From an uncultured Nitrososphaerales archaeon (lineage in GTDB: Archaea; Thermoproteota; Nitrososphaeria; Nitrososphaerales; Nitrososphaeraceae), in contig CAVPXM010000037.1 in the NCBI GenBank assembly GCA_963709405.1, positions 1 through 47,282 on the forward strand: 47,282 nucleotides of DNA, in the 5' to 3' direction. The notes below the pieces were generated by a model that was not told the origin of the DNA, searched no databases, and worked only from the letters and a program-made list of their open reading frames with translations. Positions 45,829 through 47,282 of the stretch are shown here, piece by piece. Position numbers and translations under genes: made by a program. Numbering within the stretch: the stretch's first letter is position 1; each line of letters starts with the position of its first letter.

Positions 45829-47282
45829 TAATATGAACAAAATACTCCCATTCTTTCATCTTACTCGTTTTTTCATTAAGAACCTATCCGAACAGTAGTG
45901 TAGTATAGCTCCCAGCCAGACCCAAGAGCAGTCATCAAATAGTGAATCGAATTCTGAGTGATACTGGATAAAGTTAGAAGGAAGTCAAGCTAGCGATTAG
46001 CTATGAATGTTAACTTGAGGCATGAGATGGTTATTGTATGATGGAGGTATAACTAGAACCAACTCAATGAAGCTAGATAGTGATAGATTCTGATCATCAC
46101 CAACGCTATAGATGGAATGTTGGAATCTAACTATTGATGATGAAATAAGCAGGTAAATTACAATGGAATCACAGACAATCGAATCGAAGGTCCACTCCTG
46201 GCACAACAGGCTCAGAAAACTCTTAGTTAGATATGAAAAGAAATTAGAAAACTATTTTGCGTTAGTATGTTTGGGTTGTTGTATTCTTATTTACAGGAGG
46301 ATAATTTTGGGATAGGCTCTAAGTCCTGATATTGGTAACAATCGCAGTGTATTTGCAAAACTACTAGAAATCACATCTTTATGTTAATGTTAAAGATTGA
46401 TACTGCACCAAAGATATAAAGGGCTGGTCTAGTTGTTAATAGTGCAATAAGAATATTGGGAATACATTATTATCAAAACAGCAAACTTGAGATGCAAGTT
46501 CTCATAACATATAAGGTCTCGTATTATTGTAGTTGACATCTTGAACAATAGACATGACTATTATTCATCTTTCCTTACGATATATCCTTTTTTATAGTTT
46601 TATCTTCCTATAACTGCCTCAGTTCTAGGGATCCATGATAGAAGTAGTTCAGACTCATGTTTCACTTTTCTAATTCTGACTTCGTCTATGAGGTGCATAT
46701 CTAAATTTATATACGAGGAATTTATTCTTCAATTATCTGTATTTTGGAGATGTCCAAGGTACTTGTACAAGCCTAAATATTTCAGCTAGCAATAGTCTAC
46801 ATCGATCGATTGTGAAGTCTTATCAACACATTTTTGGGCCTGAACAAATGTATAAGATTTATAGAATTTTATAGAATCAGTTATTTTATTGTTTTATTCA
46901 GTAGTAGTCTCAAATCGTTGGTCTGGGTTCGGTGGAAACCAAGACAAATTTGACTCATTTTTGCCACCCAGAATTGGTCAATGATGGGACTATGGCGTCC
47001 TTCTAGGATAGATGAAACATCCTTTGATATGCCTCTACTCGTTTCTCTACCTGTCAATTGTGTTCTAGGTTTTTATCGGTACCAGAAAAAAAGCGATAGT
47101 AAGGGGTAAATTTTCAACACCCTTACGTCCACCATAGTTAGCCGCGTTAATAAAAAAAGCCTCTGACACCTATATATTTAGGTTCATGGCTAGAAAGGAT
47201 AGGATCAAGAATCGGTGACGAAACATACAAGTTCGTGAACGATGACTTTTGACCGAAGCGAAAGAATTCGCTGAATAACTAC

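Noticed and set aside
46890-47030. Possible HNH nuclease remnant (LGGKNESNL) on the minus strand
   Set aside because: Too short and interrupted by stops to support.
1-47282. CRISPR array
   Set aside because: No regularly spaced 25-40 nt repeats. ATTTCAATCC near 32089 resembles a repeat start but is not part of an array.

Overview
AT-rich (roughly mid-30s % GC by eye) archaeal accessory region. The gene families present (small 'EWRRAKVLE' HTH protein, roadblock-like protein, PRC-barrel/C2H2 protein, Asn/Ser-rich secreted proteins, archaeal NTPase, IS5/IS6/IS110/IS481/IS630/IS1595 elements) point to a soil ammonia-oxidising archaeon of the Nitrososphaeraceae; this is inference, not proven. Most of the window is a patchwork of IS elements, frameshifted pseudogenes and abruptly truncated fragments. 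These include relics of integrative elements (three tyrosine integrases, prim-pol, helicase, PolB-like, a Topo VI-A/Mini-A-like gene, iteron-like arrays, a tRNA-3'-end att site) and dismantled defence genes (DUF499 ATPase plus DUF1156-type methylase, SIR2-like, HEPN-like). Few genes look intact: malic enzyme, OsmC, a few secreted proteins, a cupredoxin-adenylate cyclase fusion and a homologue of eukaryotic cytosolic peptide:N-glycanase (Png1/NGLY1). A ~233-nt structured non-coding element with its own TATA box and a second partial copy 23 kb away is a candidate undescribed RNA. No CRISPR array, rRNA or complete tRNA was seen. Some single-base frameshifts could be sequencing or assembly errors. 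All family calls come from motif recognition, not database searches.
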